NCBI GenBank assembly: GCA_022823085.1
Contig: JAJDXV010000057.1
Coordinates: 19,891 to 83,890 of the forward strand
DNA from: Candidatus Poribacteria bacterium
Lineage (GTDB): Bacteria; Poribacteria; WGA-4E; WGA-3G
Direction: 5' to 3'
DNA length: 64,000 nucleotides
In this document: one piece after another, positions 35,825 to 45,465 of the stretch
Layout of the letters: every line of letters begins with the position of its first letter
Position numbering within the stretch: position 1 is the stretch's first letter
Translations under genes and position numbers: made by a program
The notes under the pieces: model-generated
The model's input: only the letters and a program-made list of their open reading frames with translations
Databases searched by the model: none
What the model was told of the DNA's origin: nothing

Positions 35825-36901
35825 ATGTCCACAAAATCCAAAGTAGGAAACTACCTGTCCAGTCCACTCTTTTTAATTCTTGCAGGCCCGCTGGTTATAG
35901 GATGCTGTTTACTCGCGCTGCGTGCAGTAAACAACTCGTTTTTTATGATTTTTCTGTTGTTCCTATCTATTTGCGGCGTTTGTATAAGTGCATACGGGCT
36001 CATGCGGATGGACCAAAAAAAGGCTGGAAGGATGTTCGTTGGAAAAACGCTTGAAGACTATTTGACGAGTCCAATTTTTCTGCTTCTTGTCGGTCCACTT
36101 CTCGGCGTATTCGGATTGCTTGCGATGTCAGCGTCCACAGCAGCAGAGGATACGCTATTCCACTTTTTGGCGTTGATTCTAACGATCCTCGGTTTCTCTG
36201 TCGCTGCTTACGGACTCATGGGAACATTAGAGGACAAAACGATTAGAACGCTCTCAAAAAAAGAATTGCAAGCGATGCATGAACTCTCTCAAAACTTGAA
36301 GGTGCAGTACCCTACGTACGTCTTGAAGGTCCACAAGTTGAAAGAGAAACACGAGGGGCTTCATGAGAAAATATCCGATGTCCGTACGGACGCTGAGGAA
36401 TTCAAGGCGCGTATAAAGATGTTCCAAACGGATCTAATTGCGTTGGAAACACAACTCCACGATAACCTACAGAAACAGGCACCTATTATGGACAATGACA
36501 GCGTGGATGGTGTCGCAAAGAAAATCCTCTGGTCAGAGAAGCAGCTTGAATTGACACAGTTCGATGCATCCCTCAAGACATTAGTTGAGACAGAAAGCCC
36601 GATGGTACCGGAGGATTACCGTAGCGTATTGAACCGAATTCGGAAAGACTTCAAAAAACTTGAGAGCGGCGTAACGCTTTATCACGAATTATTGACAGCG
36701 TGTAGCAAAGAAACCGACACGTTTGATACCGTTGAAGCATTGAAAACAGAAGTTGAAGAGATTAACGAACTGACCTCACAACACGAAACCGAACTGCTGA
36801 AATTAGAGACAGATACTCAAACGCGGTATGAAATGTCGAAAATGGCACTCTCTATCTTTGAAGAAGGTTTTAGAGCGTTTAAAACGAGTTGTGAGTTTTA
36901 A
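35825..36901 (+). CDS. Polytopic membrane protein with C-terminal coiled-coil (hypothetical)
   Basis: Four predicted TM helices followed by a long charged helical region. Confidence 0.45.
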   Translation: MSTKSKVGNYLSSPLFLILAGPLVIGCCLLALRAVNNSFFMIFLLFLSICGVCISAYGLMRMDQKKAGRMFVGKTLEDYLTSPIFLLLVGPLLGVFGLLAMSASTAAEDTLFHFLALILTILGFSVAAYGLMGTLEDKTIRTLSKKELQAMHELSQNLKVQYPTYVLKVHKLKEKHEGLHEKISDVRTDAEEFKARIKMFQTDLIALETQLHDNLQKQAPIMDNDSVDGVAKKILWSEKQLELTQFDASLKTLVETESPMVPEDYRSVLNRIRKDFKKLESGVTLYHELLTACSKETDTFDTVEALKTEVEEINELTSQHETELLKLETDTQTRYEMSKMALSIFEEGFRAFKTSCEF

Positions 36902-36929
36902 TTTTTCAAAGGGATGAAAGAGATTATTT

Positions 36930-37901
36930 ATGCGATACCTCGTCACCGGCTGTGCTGGGTTTATCGGATGGAAAGTGACGGAATTCTTACTGGAGATGGG
37001 ACATACCGTTGTTGGGATTGATAACATCAACGCCGCCTATGATACGCAGGTCAAGCAGTGGCGACTTCAGCAGCTGGAAGGCACCCCAAATTTTCAATTT
37101 CACCGCGCCGACATCTGTGATCGAGAGGCACTACAGCAATTATTTAACACCGCTTACGACGCTGTGATTAACCTCGCAGCGCGCGCCGGTGTGCGACAGT
37201 CTGTGGAAAACCCATGGGTCTATGTTGATACAAACGTAACAGGAACGCTGAACTTATTAGAATTGTGCCGCGAGTTTGAAGTTCCAAAATTCGTGTTGGC
37301 TTCAACATCAAGTCTCTACGGTGCAAACAATCCACTCCCTTTCAGTGAAGCGTCGAACACAGACGGACCGCTATCCCCTTACGCCGCCTCAAAAAAAGGG
37401 GCAGAATCGCTCTGTCATAGCTACCACCACCTCTACGGCATCGATGTGACGATCTTCCGTTTCTTTACGGTCTATGGACCCGCTGGTAGACCCGATATGA
37501 GCGCGTTCCGCTTTGTCCAGTGGATTAGCGAAGGGAAACCTGTCCTTGTCTACGGCGATGGGAAACAGTCCTCGCGCGACTATACCTATCTCGAAGACAT
37601 CGCCCGCGGCGTTATAGCAGGATTGAGACCGCTCAAATACGAGGTCATCAATCTCGGTTCAGACAGTCCCATCGTGCTGATTGATACGATTCGGTTGATA
37701 GAGGAACTCGTTGGTAAGAAGGCGGAACTCTCACACCAGCCGTTCCACCCTGCAGATGTCCGCGCCACGTGGGCAAATATCCAAAAAGCGGAAGACCTCT
37801 TAGGGTGGCAACCACAGGTCACTTTTCGAGAAGGTATAACGGCACTGGTGGAGTGGTATCAGGCGCATCGGGAATGGGCAAAAAACATCGAAACAGGCTA
37901 A
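36930..37901 (+). CDS. NAD-dependent sugar epimerase/dehydratase (extended SDR)
   Basis: 'VTGCAGFIGWKV' Rossmann motif; catalytic 'YAASKKGAE' (YxxxK). Confidence 0.85.
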   Translation: MRYLVTGCAGFIGWKVTEFLLEMGHTVVGIDNINAAYDTQVKQWRLQQLEGTPNFQFHRADICDREALQQLFNTAYDAVINLAARAGVRQSVENPWVYVDTNVTGTLNLLELCREFEVPKFVLASTSSLYGANNPLPFSEASNTDGPLSPYAASKKGAESLCHSYHHLYGIDVTIFRFFTVYGPAGRPDMSAFRFVQWISEGKPVLVYGDGKQSSRDYTYLEDIARGVIAGLRPLKYEVINLGSDSPIVLIDTIRLIEELVGKKAELSHQPFHPADVRATWANIQKAEDLLGWQPQVTFREGITALVEWYQAHREWAKNIETG

Positions 37902-38548
37902 ACCGTAGATGCTGTTTGGGAACTGCTGTTGTCGTTCAGGAGTGTGACCGCCTTTTTTAGAGCATCCGCCTCCACCTTTATTTTCGCAATCTCCGCTTCA
38001 CGTTGCACATACATCAGTGTATGTTCAGGATTCATCGGTCCAGCGATGTCTTGAATAATCTTATGGAGACGTTTGATGTCGGTTTTCTTGATACCGGTCT
38101 CCGATTCAACGCGGGTGTGTAGCATGGCGGGGGTCTCCGGTTCTTCGGGGACGGCTTCGCCCTTGGAACGGTTACCGCCAGTTTTCGGTTTCGGTTTCAC
38201 CGATGCAGTTTTCGAGGCACTCGTACGGCGGGTCCGTTTTCGAGATGTTCTCTGCTTAGACGACTGGATTTTCCCCGCTTCCAGCGATTTAACACCACAC
38301 GCTTTACACAACTTCGCCGTTACATCAGCCAACGTCATCGTTACAATTATTTCGCTGATAGCACCGCAGAGCTCACATTCGGCAAGGTTCTCAATGCTTT
38401 CTAAGATCTCCGCATGTATCTCAAGCATCTTCACCTTGTCGGTTTTCGTCTGTTTTTCTTTCTGGCAGAGCGCGATGAGCTTCTGTGCTGCTTTCTCGAT
38501 TGTGTCTAAATGCGTCATGTCTGCTCCTCGAATAAGATTTCTGAACAA
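37898..38548 (-). CDS. Hypothetical protein with CxxC...CxxC zinc-ribbon and basic low-complexity region
   Basis: 'CELCG...CKACG' followed by a K/R/S-rich tract. The start is more likely the M at about 38518. Confidence 0.4.
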   Translation of the reverse strand: MFRNLIRGADMTHLDTIEKAAQKLIALCQKEKQTKTDKVKMLEIHAEILESIENLAECELCGAISEIIVTMTLADVTAKLCKACGVKSLEAGKIQSSKQRTSRKRTRRTSASKTASVKPKPKTGGNRSKGEAVPEEPETPAMLHTRVESETGIKKTDIKRLHKIIQDIAGPMNPEHTLMYVQREAEIAKIKVEADALKKAVTLLNDNSSSQTASTV

Positions 38549-40129
38549 CTATTCCGACTTACGAGGGGAACGCTTATCTATATAAAGTTTATATTCAAAA
38601 CTGTCTATAAGTGCTTCACAACTCGCGGAGATGATATTCTCTGAGACCCCTACGGTTCTCCAACTCCGTTCACCATCACTCGCTTCAATAAGCACCCTGA
38701 CTTTTGAACCTGTGCCAGCTTTCGTATCTAACACGCGGACCTTGTAATCTATGAGTCGGACTGTCTGCAAAGCGGGGTAGAACTGCTCAAGTGCTTTTCG
38801 GAGTGCAGTATCGAGAGCGTTGACAGGACCGTCGCCATCCGCAGCGGTGTGTGCTGTTAGACCGTCTGGCGTTGTGACCTTTACCGTTGCTTCGGAACGC
38901 ATCGCGAAATCGGTGAATTGTTCTATAATCACCCGAAAACCGACAGGGTCAAAAAAGGGTTCATACCCGTTGAACACCTTGCGTGTCAACAGTTCAAACG
39001 ATGCTTCAGCGGCTTCGTATTGGTATCCGTCCTGCTCGGCTTCCTTGAGACGTTTGAAGAGTTCTAATACCTGCGGCGAGTTCTTGTCGTAATTCGGATA
39101 TTCTTTCTCAATCTTTTTCATGATGGTGCCACGTCCCGCCTGATCAGAGACGAGGATCCGTTGCGTATTACCGACGGTTTCCGGCACGATGTGTTCGTAG
39201 GTGAGCCGATTCTTACGGATTGCGTCGGTGTGTAAACCGCCTTTATGTGCAAAAGCGGAACGTCCGACATAGGGTTGACGTTCATCGTGTGGGAGGTTCG
39301 CCAATTCACTGATAAGACGTGATACACTTGTGAGGGATTGCAGCTGCGCATCGCTGAGACACTGCATCCCAAGTTTGAGCTGGATCGTCGGAATAATAGA
39401 GGCGAGATTCGCGTTGCCACACCGTTCACCGTAACCGTTGAATGTGCCTTGTACATGGGTTGCACCGGCTTGGACAGCCAATACGGAGTTCGCCGCGCCC
39501 ATCCCGGCATCGTTGTGCATGTGGATGCCAACCGGCAACGATAATTCGGAGAGGACGACTTCAACACCTTCCTGAATTTCTAACGGTAACCTGCCGCCGT
39601 TGGTATCACAGAGGACAAGACAACTCGCGCCACCTGCGGCAGCGGATCTTAGGGTTTCTATCGCATACGCAGCGTCATCGGCATAGCCGTCAAAAAAGTG
39701 CTCGGCATCGTAAATGACTTCACGACCGTTCTCAACGAGGTAGCGGACGGAACTCTCAATTAATTCGAGGTTCTCTTCTGCTGTCACACGGAGCACATCG
39801 GTGGCGTGGAGGCGCCAAGTTTTCCCAAAGATCGTGACAGTCCTCGCGCCAGTATCCAACAGGGCTGCCAAATTCGGATCGGTAGCAGCCGTATAGGTTG
39901 GATAGCGTGTACTACCAAACGGCACAATCGTCGCTGTTTCCAATGTCAGCCCTTTCGCACGCTTGAAAAATTCTATGTCTTTCGGATTAGAACCCGGATA
40001 CCCACCTTCAATATAGCGGATACCTAACTTATCCAATGCCTCTATAATGATGAGTTTATCCTCAACAGAAAACGCAACGCCTTCTGCTTGACTGCCATCT
40101 CTGAGTGTCGTATCGTAAAATTCAACCAT
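38549..40129 (-). CDS. 2-isopropylmalate synthase / (R)-citramalate synthase (LeuA family, short form)
   Basis: 'YDTTLRDGSQAEGV' and 'GIHMHNDAGMGAAN' (HxH). 526 aa is typical of the CimA/LeuA2 type. Confidence 0.9.
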   Translation of the reverse strand: MVEFYDTTLRDGSQAEGVAFSVEDKLIIIEALDKLGIRYIEGGYPGSNPKDIEFFKRAKGLTLETATIVPFGSTRYPTYTAATDPNLAALLDTGARTVTIFGKTWRLHATDVLRVTAEENLELIESSVRYLVENGREVIYDAEHFFDGYADDAAYAIETLRSAAAGGASCLVLCDTNGGRLPLEIQEGVEVVLSELSLPVGIHMHNDAGMGAANSVLAVQAGATHVQGTFNGYGERCGNANLASIIPTIQLKLGMQCLSDAQLQSLTSVSRLISELANLPHDERQPYVGRSAFAHKGGLHTDAIRKNRLTYEHIVPETVGNTQRILVSDQAGRGTIMKKIEKEYPNYDKNSPQVLELFKRLKEAEQDGYQYEAAEASFELLTRKVFNGYEPFFDPVGFRVIIEQFTDFAMRSEATVKVTTPDGLTAHTAADGDGPVNALDTALRKALEQFYPALQTVRLIDYKVRVLDTKAGTGSKVRVLIEASDGERSWRTVGVSENIISASCEALIDSFEYKLYIDKRSPRKSE

Positions 40130-40521
40130 GTTATTTTCACTGCAAGTTTTGGCTCACACTTCATAAATATGGGTTTGCAAACTCCATCCTACAACGCCAA
40201 AAAAATCGGTGTCTCCTTTTCGCTATATCTGTTCGTTCTATGCCTAAAATTCTATCACATTTTAGCGCAAAAGTCAAGATATTTGTGGTTTCCACAGTCG
40301 CCTGCTATTCTTTCCACAGTCGTCTACTATTCTTATTGAAAGGTACCCCTCGCGATCCTTACTGATGGCTAACTGCCGATAGAAACCGCTCACTGAAAAC
40401 TGAATACCTCTGTTTTTCTTTGACAATCTGTGAAATTGTGTTATGATTTATAGCAAAGTTTATCACATTTACACTTCGGTAGGCACGATTTGAGACAGGT
40501 AACCCCATCCGTTACCTACCA

Positions 40522-41853
40522 ATGGCGTATTTACATACTTTGGGATTTTACATAACAACTATGAAAACCTATACTATTTTGCTTGTCTGCAGTGCTTTGT
40601 TGTTCACAAGTTGCGGAATATTCACAACAAAACCCAGTGAGCCGCAGCCGCCGGTAACGCCTGCAGACCCGCTCGAAAAATTACATACCGATATTGATAC
40701 CGTTTTACGAGAAACTTTGTTTACAACCGCAAACATCGGCATAAAGGTTGTTGCTGTAGAAACAGGAGAGGTGATTTATGAAAAGGATCCGCGCAAGCTA
40801 CACCATCCCGCCTCCACGACAAAACTCTTCACGGCAGCGACCGCCTTGGCAAAACTGGGGGCAGACTACCAGTTTGAAACAACCCTTTATGTTGATTCGG
40901 AGGCGGATACACAAGTGATAGGAGACATATATTTCAAAGGTAGAGCTGATCCAGTGCTCCAACCTCAAGATATCGTGAAACTGGTCGATACATTGCTTGA
41001 AGTCGGCGTAGAATCCATACAAGGCGACATCGTTGTTGATGCAACATATCTTGACACTGTTCGGGAAGGTCCCGGATGGATGTGGGACGATAGACAGCTT
41101 CGGCTGAGTGCTTTAAGCATCAGACAAATAGAGCCCGAACCGGGTACACGGAGCAGAGCCCTTGCCTGCGGTTATCTACTGAAAAACGAACTCATGGAAA
41201 AAGGGATTGAGGTGATCGGTGATGTCGTCCCTGGAACAGCGCCACCAGATGCGCGTACGGTTGCCAAACATCTATCGCCGCCACTCGCCGATATTATCAA
41301 ATTGATGAACAAACCGAGCAACAACTGGATCGCCGAGTTGCTTTTCAAAGCCGTCGGTGCTGAAGTGATGGGTGAACCCGGAACGTGGCAAAAAGGGAGA
41401 GACACTGTCAATGAATTCTTAGAAGATATTACGGGCGAACCGCCAGTGCATCGGTTCGTTGATGGTTCTGGGCTTTCTCGCTATAATCTCCTCAACGCTG
41501 AACTACTCACGCAGCTGCTCGTCTACATGTATCAAAATTTTGAGTTGATGCCGGAGTATGTGGCATCGCTCCCGATCGCTGGTGTTGACGGCACCTTGAT
41601 AAATCGGATGCACGGGATATCGGCTGAAAAGGTATTGCGAGCGAAAACGGGGACGTTGAGTGGTGTCTCTGCGCTGGCTGGCTACACAACGACGGCGGAT
41701 GGTGAGATTGTTGCGTTCGGTATCCTGATTAGTCATTACGTCGGTCCTGCGACATCCGCGCGGAATATCCAAGATCAGATCGGCGGTTATTTGACAGGGT
41801 TTAGTCGTCATCCGGTTAGTAACGTTAACAGTCAACTCACCCAAGACGAATAG
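40522..41853 (+). CDS. D-alanyl-D-alanine carboxypeptidase/endopeptidase (PBP4, peptidase S13)
   Basis: SxxK 'PASTTKL', SxN 'KPSNNW', KTG 'AKTGTLSGV'. Signal peptide with 'TSCG' lipobox-like site. Confidence 0.8.
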   Translation: MAYLHTLGFYITTMKTYTILLVCSALLFTSCGIFTTKPSEPQPPVTPADPLEKLHTDIDTVLRETLFTTANIGIKVVAVETGEVIYEKDPRKLHHPASTTKLFTAATALAKLGADYQFETTLYVDSEADTQVIGDIYFKGRADPVLQPQDIVKLVDTLLEVGVESIQGDIVVDATYLDTVREGPGWMWDDRQLRLSALSIRQIEPEPGTRSRALACGYLLKNELMEKGIEVIGDVVPGTAPPDARTVAKHLSPPLADIIKLMNKPSNNWIAELLFKAVGAEVMGEPGTWQKGRDTVNEFLEDITGEPPVHRFVDGSGLSRYNLLNAELLTQLLVYMYQNFELMPEYVASLPIAGVDGTLINRMHGISAEKVLRAKTGTLSGVSALAGYTTTADGEIVAFGILISHYVGPATSARNIQDQIGGYLTGFSRHPVSNVNSQLTQDE

Positions 41854-41996
41854 GAATAACTTGATCGTGTTACTCTACCAAAGCAATTTTCTTTGACATC
41901 TCTTTTTTCGTGTGGTATAATTTTCGTTCAGTTTGTTAGGGTAAGTAGGAGAAATTGACTACAATTCTGTAATATCTCAGGAGCAAAATGTAAGTA

Positions 41997-42353
41997 ATGG
42001 ATACCGAATTGACAACCAAGGACTATGAAATGCTTATCACAATGCTGGACGATTTGATTGATGTCGTTGGTGAGAACGAAAATCACGTCTTGGCCCCGTT
42101 GATGGATCTCATTGGTAACCTCATTGAGAAATGTAGAGCCGAAATTGAAGAGGATAATGAGGAGGGATTTGGTATGAAGGTCCGAAATTATCCTTTGGGT
42201 ACAGGCATGCCCAAACCCCATCGCCCTGAAAAGGTGGGTCGTCCGGCGAATCTTCCGCGCGTGAAACTGGCGGACCTCTTAGCACAAGAAACCGATGATA
42301 CCGCGTCCGAGGAGATAGACACCGGGCCTCCGGTCGGTAATGAAGTATGGTAG
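41997..42353 (+). CDS. Small acidic hypothetical protein
   Basis: 118 aa with no recognisable motifs. Confidence 0.3.
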   Translation: MDTELTTKDYEMLITMLDDLIDVVGENENHVLAPLMDLIGNLIEKCRAEIEEDNEEGFGMKVRNYPLGTGMPKPHRPEKVGRPANLPRVKLADLLAQETDDTASEEIDTGPPVGNEVW

Positions 42354-42545
42354 CAGCAACCCAGTACGATCCGGAATATGTCCCGGTGCGCGGGGACATC
42401 GTATGGATTATAGTGGATTCTACAATTAACTTTACATCTGAGCGGTAGGAGGGAACTCCGATTCCCGACTATTATTGGTTGCGTCGCGATTCGGAGATCG
42501 CTCCTACAGAATATATGTAAACTTATTTACATAATTTACTATAAT

Positions 42546-42908
42546 TTAGATCCTCAAACCGGAAATGAGATTCCGAAACGTCGTCCCGCCCTCGTTCTAT
42601 CCGCCTCAGACTTTAACTACTGGCAAAAGTTAGCTGTTGTTTGTCCGATTACCAGTAAGGTCAAAACAAGTCGCTTTGATGTTCCTATTCCTGAAGGTCT
42701 TAAGGTCTATGGTTTTATCCGAGTAGACCAGATAAAGTGCTTGGATTGGCAAGCCAGATCGGAAAGAAGAGGCACTTCCACTTATGACAAGTCCGTATCT
42801 CTCAAGTCTGATGACGCTGTTTTTTACAACGATCGAGGGGCTACAAAGATGGCACTCGGTCAATTTGAAGGGGCAGTATCCGATTATAACGCAGCAGTCC
42901 ATCTATAG
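42546..42908 (+). pseudogene. MazF/PemK-family toxin fragment (no start codon, N-terminus missing) fused in frame to a TPR-like remnant
   Basis: 'LDPQTGNEIPKRRPALVLSASDFNYWQKLAVVCPITSKVK...VDQIKCLDWQAR' matches the MazF core ('DP..G.E..K.RPALVIS...VIVCPITS'). It continues into 'AVFYNDRGATKMALGQFEGAVSDYNAAV' (TPR motif). The open frame extends upstream to 42414 without ATG, GTG or TTG. Confidence 0.6.
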
Positions 42909-42944
42909 TGGTCTCTAAAAATAATGAGACACACCTTGAAAGAT

Positions 42945-42969
42945 GGACGAGGGGACCTCGCCCCTACAA
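42945..42969. repeat. REP-like hairpin element copy C (GGACGAGGGGACCTCGCCCCTAC), lying between two TPR gene remnants
   Basis: Direct match to copies A and B. Confidence 0.7.
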
Positions 42970-43020
42970 ACAGTCTTCTGTTAAAGGAAAAGTGTCTGAT
43001 TAATTATTGATTTTACTATA

Positions 43021-43440
43021 AACTCAGAATATGCGGACGCATACTACAACCGCGGTGTCGCTAATGGTGAATTGGAGCAATATGGGGATGCTATCACAGA
43101 CTACGACAAAGCGATTCGTATCAATCCAGAGTATGCGGATGCCTATTACAATCGAGGCTGGGCAAGGAACGAACTGGAGCAATATGAAGCTGCCATCGCC
43201 GACTATGACGAAGCAATACGCCTCAAACCTGATTACGCCGATGTTTATTACAACCGCGGCATTGCCAAAGGCGAACTGAATCAATACGAAGCAATGAACC
43301 TCTCAAGACCGAGATTCAGGAATTACTTCAAGAACTTAAAAACACGAAATAGAAGCGGCGGAGGGATCCGCCGCATAACCTCTACGATTTCATCTTCCCT
43401 AAACTCGCCGGTGGACGTGATGTCCCGACGAACCCGATGA
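43021..43440 (+). pseudogene. TPR-repeat gene remnant lacking a start
   Basis: 'EYADAYYNRGVANGELEQYGDAITDYDKAIRINPEYADAYYNRGWARNELEQYEAAIADYDEAIRLKPDYADVYYNRGIAKGEL' gives three canonical 34-aa TPRs. In-frame stop at 42997-42999; no upstream start. Its 3' end overlaps the convergent permease gene. Confidence 0.55.
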
Positions 43441-44224
43441 GGACGATCATCGTTAAAATATAAGGTAAACTGTTTAGCAATTGTCCGGGAATGTTCCATC
43501 GGTTTGCGAGTTCTAAAGCGGTAGCGAACCCGAAAAGGAAGCACGCCGAGACACCACTCAACGGTCGCCAGTTCCCGAAGATGACGGCGGCAAGTGCAAG
43601 ATAACCGCGTCCCGCTGTCATCCCCTTTGTAAAGTAATGAACCTCGGACGCCAGAAAACATCCGCCTACGCCTGCGAAGAGTCCACTTAACAGGATTCCG
43701 AGATACTGCCATCTTGTTCGGCGCAAACTCAGTGCTGCGAGTGCTTCGGTGGATTCGCCTGCAGCACGCAGACGCAACCCCCACGGCGTTTTAAAGAGGA
43801 AGATGTGACTCACGACCATCAATACCGGTAGTAAATAGACGATGAAACTGTATGAACCGATAAACGGCAGCTGCCAGTGGGGGAGACCGTCTACCTGTTT
43901 AGATGTCGGTAAAAGATACTCCGTGATCCCCAACGCCAAGATATTAATCCCAATCCCGGTAACCACCTGTTCGGCGTGGAACGTGACCGTCGCAACAGCG
44001 TGTAACAGTGCCAATCCAACCCCGAAACCTATACCGACAAGCAATCCGAACCACGTTGAACCGGAAACCTGTGTGCCGACGACGTAACCGAATGCCCCGA
44101 TCAACATCATCCCTTCTAAGGCGAGGTTAATGACCCCGGCGCGTTCCGAATAAATCCCGCCGAGTGCAGCGAACCCTAACGGGGTCGCCATTCGTAAAGT
44201 GGTTGGAACCAAATCAAGTATCAT
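43382..44224 (-). CDS. ABC transporter permease (BMP/nucleoside-type, YufQ/NupQ-like)
   Basis: 280 aa, polytopic. 'GVINLALEGMMLIGAFGYVV' is typical of this permease family. Confidence 0.75.
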   Translation of the reverse strand: MILDLVPTTLRMATPLGFAALGGIYSERAGVINLALEGMMLIGAFGYVVGTQVSGSTWFGLLVGIGFGVGLALLHAVATVTFHAEQVVTGIGINILALGITEYLLPTSKQVDGLPHWQLPFIGSYSFIVYLLPVLMVVSHIFLFKTPWGLRLRAAGESTEALAALSLRRTRWQYLGILLSGLFAGVGGCFLASEVHYFTKGMTAGRGYLALAAVIFGNWRPLSGVSACFLFGFATALELANRWNIPGQLLNSLPYILTMIVLIGFVGTSRPPASLGKMKS

Positions 44225-45305
44225 TCTTTTTTCGTGAGATGCCTTCTATACACACTAACCAGATAATCAGCATACCTTGTCCAGCGAAGAATAGACCCCG
44301 CGGGATTCCCAACAAAATATCAATATCCAAAGCAACTTTGTTCAGTAATCCGAACAGCACTGCCGCAGCCAAGATACCGAAAGGATTGTTTCTGCCCAAG
44401 AGCGCGACTGCAATGCCTGTGAACCCCCAACCTGATGAAAAACTATCAAGATACCGATAACGGTATCCCATCACCTCCGCGACACCTGCTAACCCGGCAG
44501 CTGCACCGCTCAACGCCATCACCCATACGGTTACAGCCCGCGGGTTGATGCCACCGTAAGAAGCAACGTCTCGCGCGTTGCCGACCAGACGGAGTTCGTA
44601 TCCCCAACGCGTGTGTGTGAAGAAAATATAACAGAACACAACACAGCCGCAGGCAATCAGGAAACTCGTATTTAATGGATTACTATCCGGCAGCGACGGA
44701 ACAAAAGACGCTAATCGTGGGATGCGTGCCGTTTCATGGATCTGTCGGGTCTGCGGAATCATCTGTCCCGGCTCTTGGTAGATGGATGTGACGAGGTAGT
44801 TCATCAACGCAAAAGCGATGAAGTTCATCATGATTGTGTTGATAACCTCGTGCGCGCCGTATTTCGCTTTTAAATAACCGGGGATAGCACCCCAAACAGC
44901 ACCGGCAATCATCGCTGCGGCTATACAGAGCGGAACCAGTAGGAGAGCAGGAAGGTCTATGTGCATACCTGTCCACGCCGTAGCAAACGCTGCGACGTAG
45001 AGTTGTCCTTCACAACCGATGTTGAACAGACCGCTTTTATAGCCGATGGCGACAGCGAGTCCCGTAAAGATTAAAGGGGTCGCGTTAAACAGGACATAGC
45101 CGAACTCGTCAAAACTTGAGAACCCGCTCGAAAAAATAATGCTATAAAACTCTAAAGCATTTTGTCCTCGCGCATGCACGACAACCCCACACAAAAGAAA
45201 GAATCCGAAGATCGCAAAAAGCGACGGCATGAAATTAAGAAGCAGCTGCTTAGGGTCGGATATTCTCCCTCGCAACAATGAGATGAACAGTTTTCGGATA
45301 TCCAA
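44214..45305 (-). CDS. ABC transporter permease (BMP/nucleoside-type, YufP/NupP-like)
   Basis: 363 aa, polytopic. 11-nt overlap with the downstream permease. Confidence 0.75.
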   Translation of the reverse strand: MDIRKLFISLLRGRISDPKQLLLNFMPSLFAIFGFFLLCGVVVHARGQNALEFYSIIFSSGFSSFDEFGYVLFNATPLIFTGLAVAIGYKSGLFNIGCEGQLYVAAFATAWTGMHIDLPALLLVPLCIAAAMIAGAVWGAIPGYLKAKYGAHEVINTIMMNFIAFALMNYLVTSIYQEPGQMIPQTRQIHETARIPRLASFVPSLPDSNPLNTSFLIACGCVVFCYIFFTHTRWGYELRLVGNARDVASYGGINPRAVTVWVMALSGAAAGLAGVAEVMGYRYRYLDSFSSGWGFTGIAVALLGRNNPFGILAAAVLFGLLNKVALDIDILLGIPRGLFFAGQGMLIIWLVCIEGISRKKNDT

Positions 45306-45465
45306 GAGTTCTCGGTTCCCTCGCTAAATTTGACAAAAATTCGCAGGACGTGTTATCATACATGATACTGTATTGACCTGCAACGCGCCTGTCAGTATAA
45401 CATGGATGCAGGATTAAAACAAACCGCAAATCTTTGAATCCGTAAACGGTAGCGAGGAGCATGTC

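Noticed and set aside
42630-42902. ORF 42630..42902(-)
   Set aside because: The + strand frame here encodes a clear MazF/PemK core; the minus-strand ORF is its shadow.
43323-43784. ORF 43323..43784(-)
   Set aside because: Alternate frame overlapping the BMP-type permease CDS.
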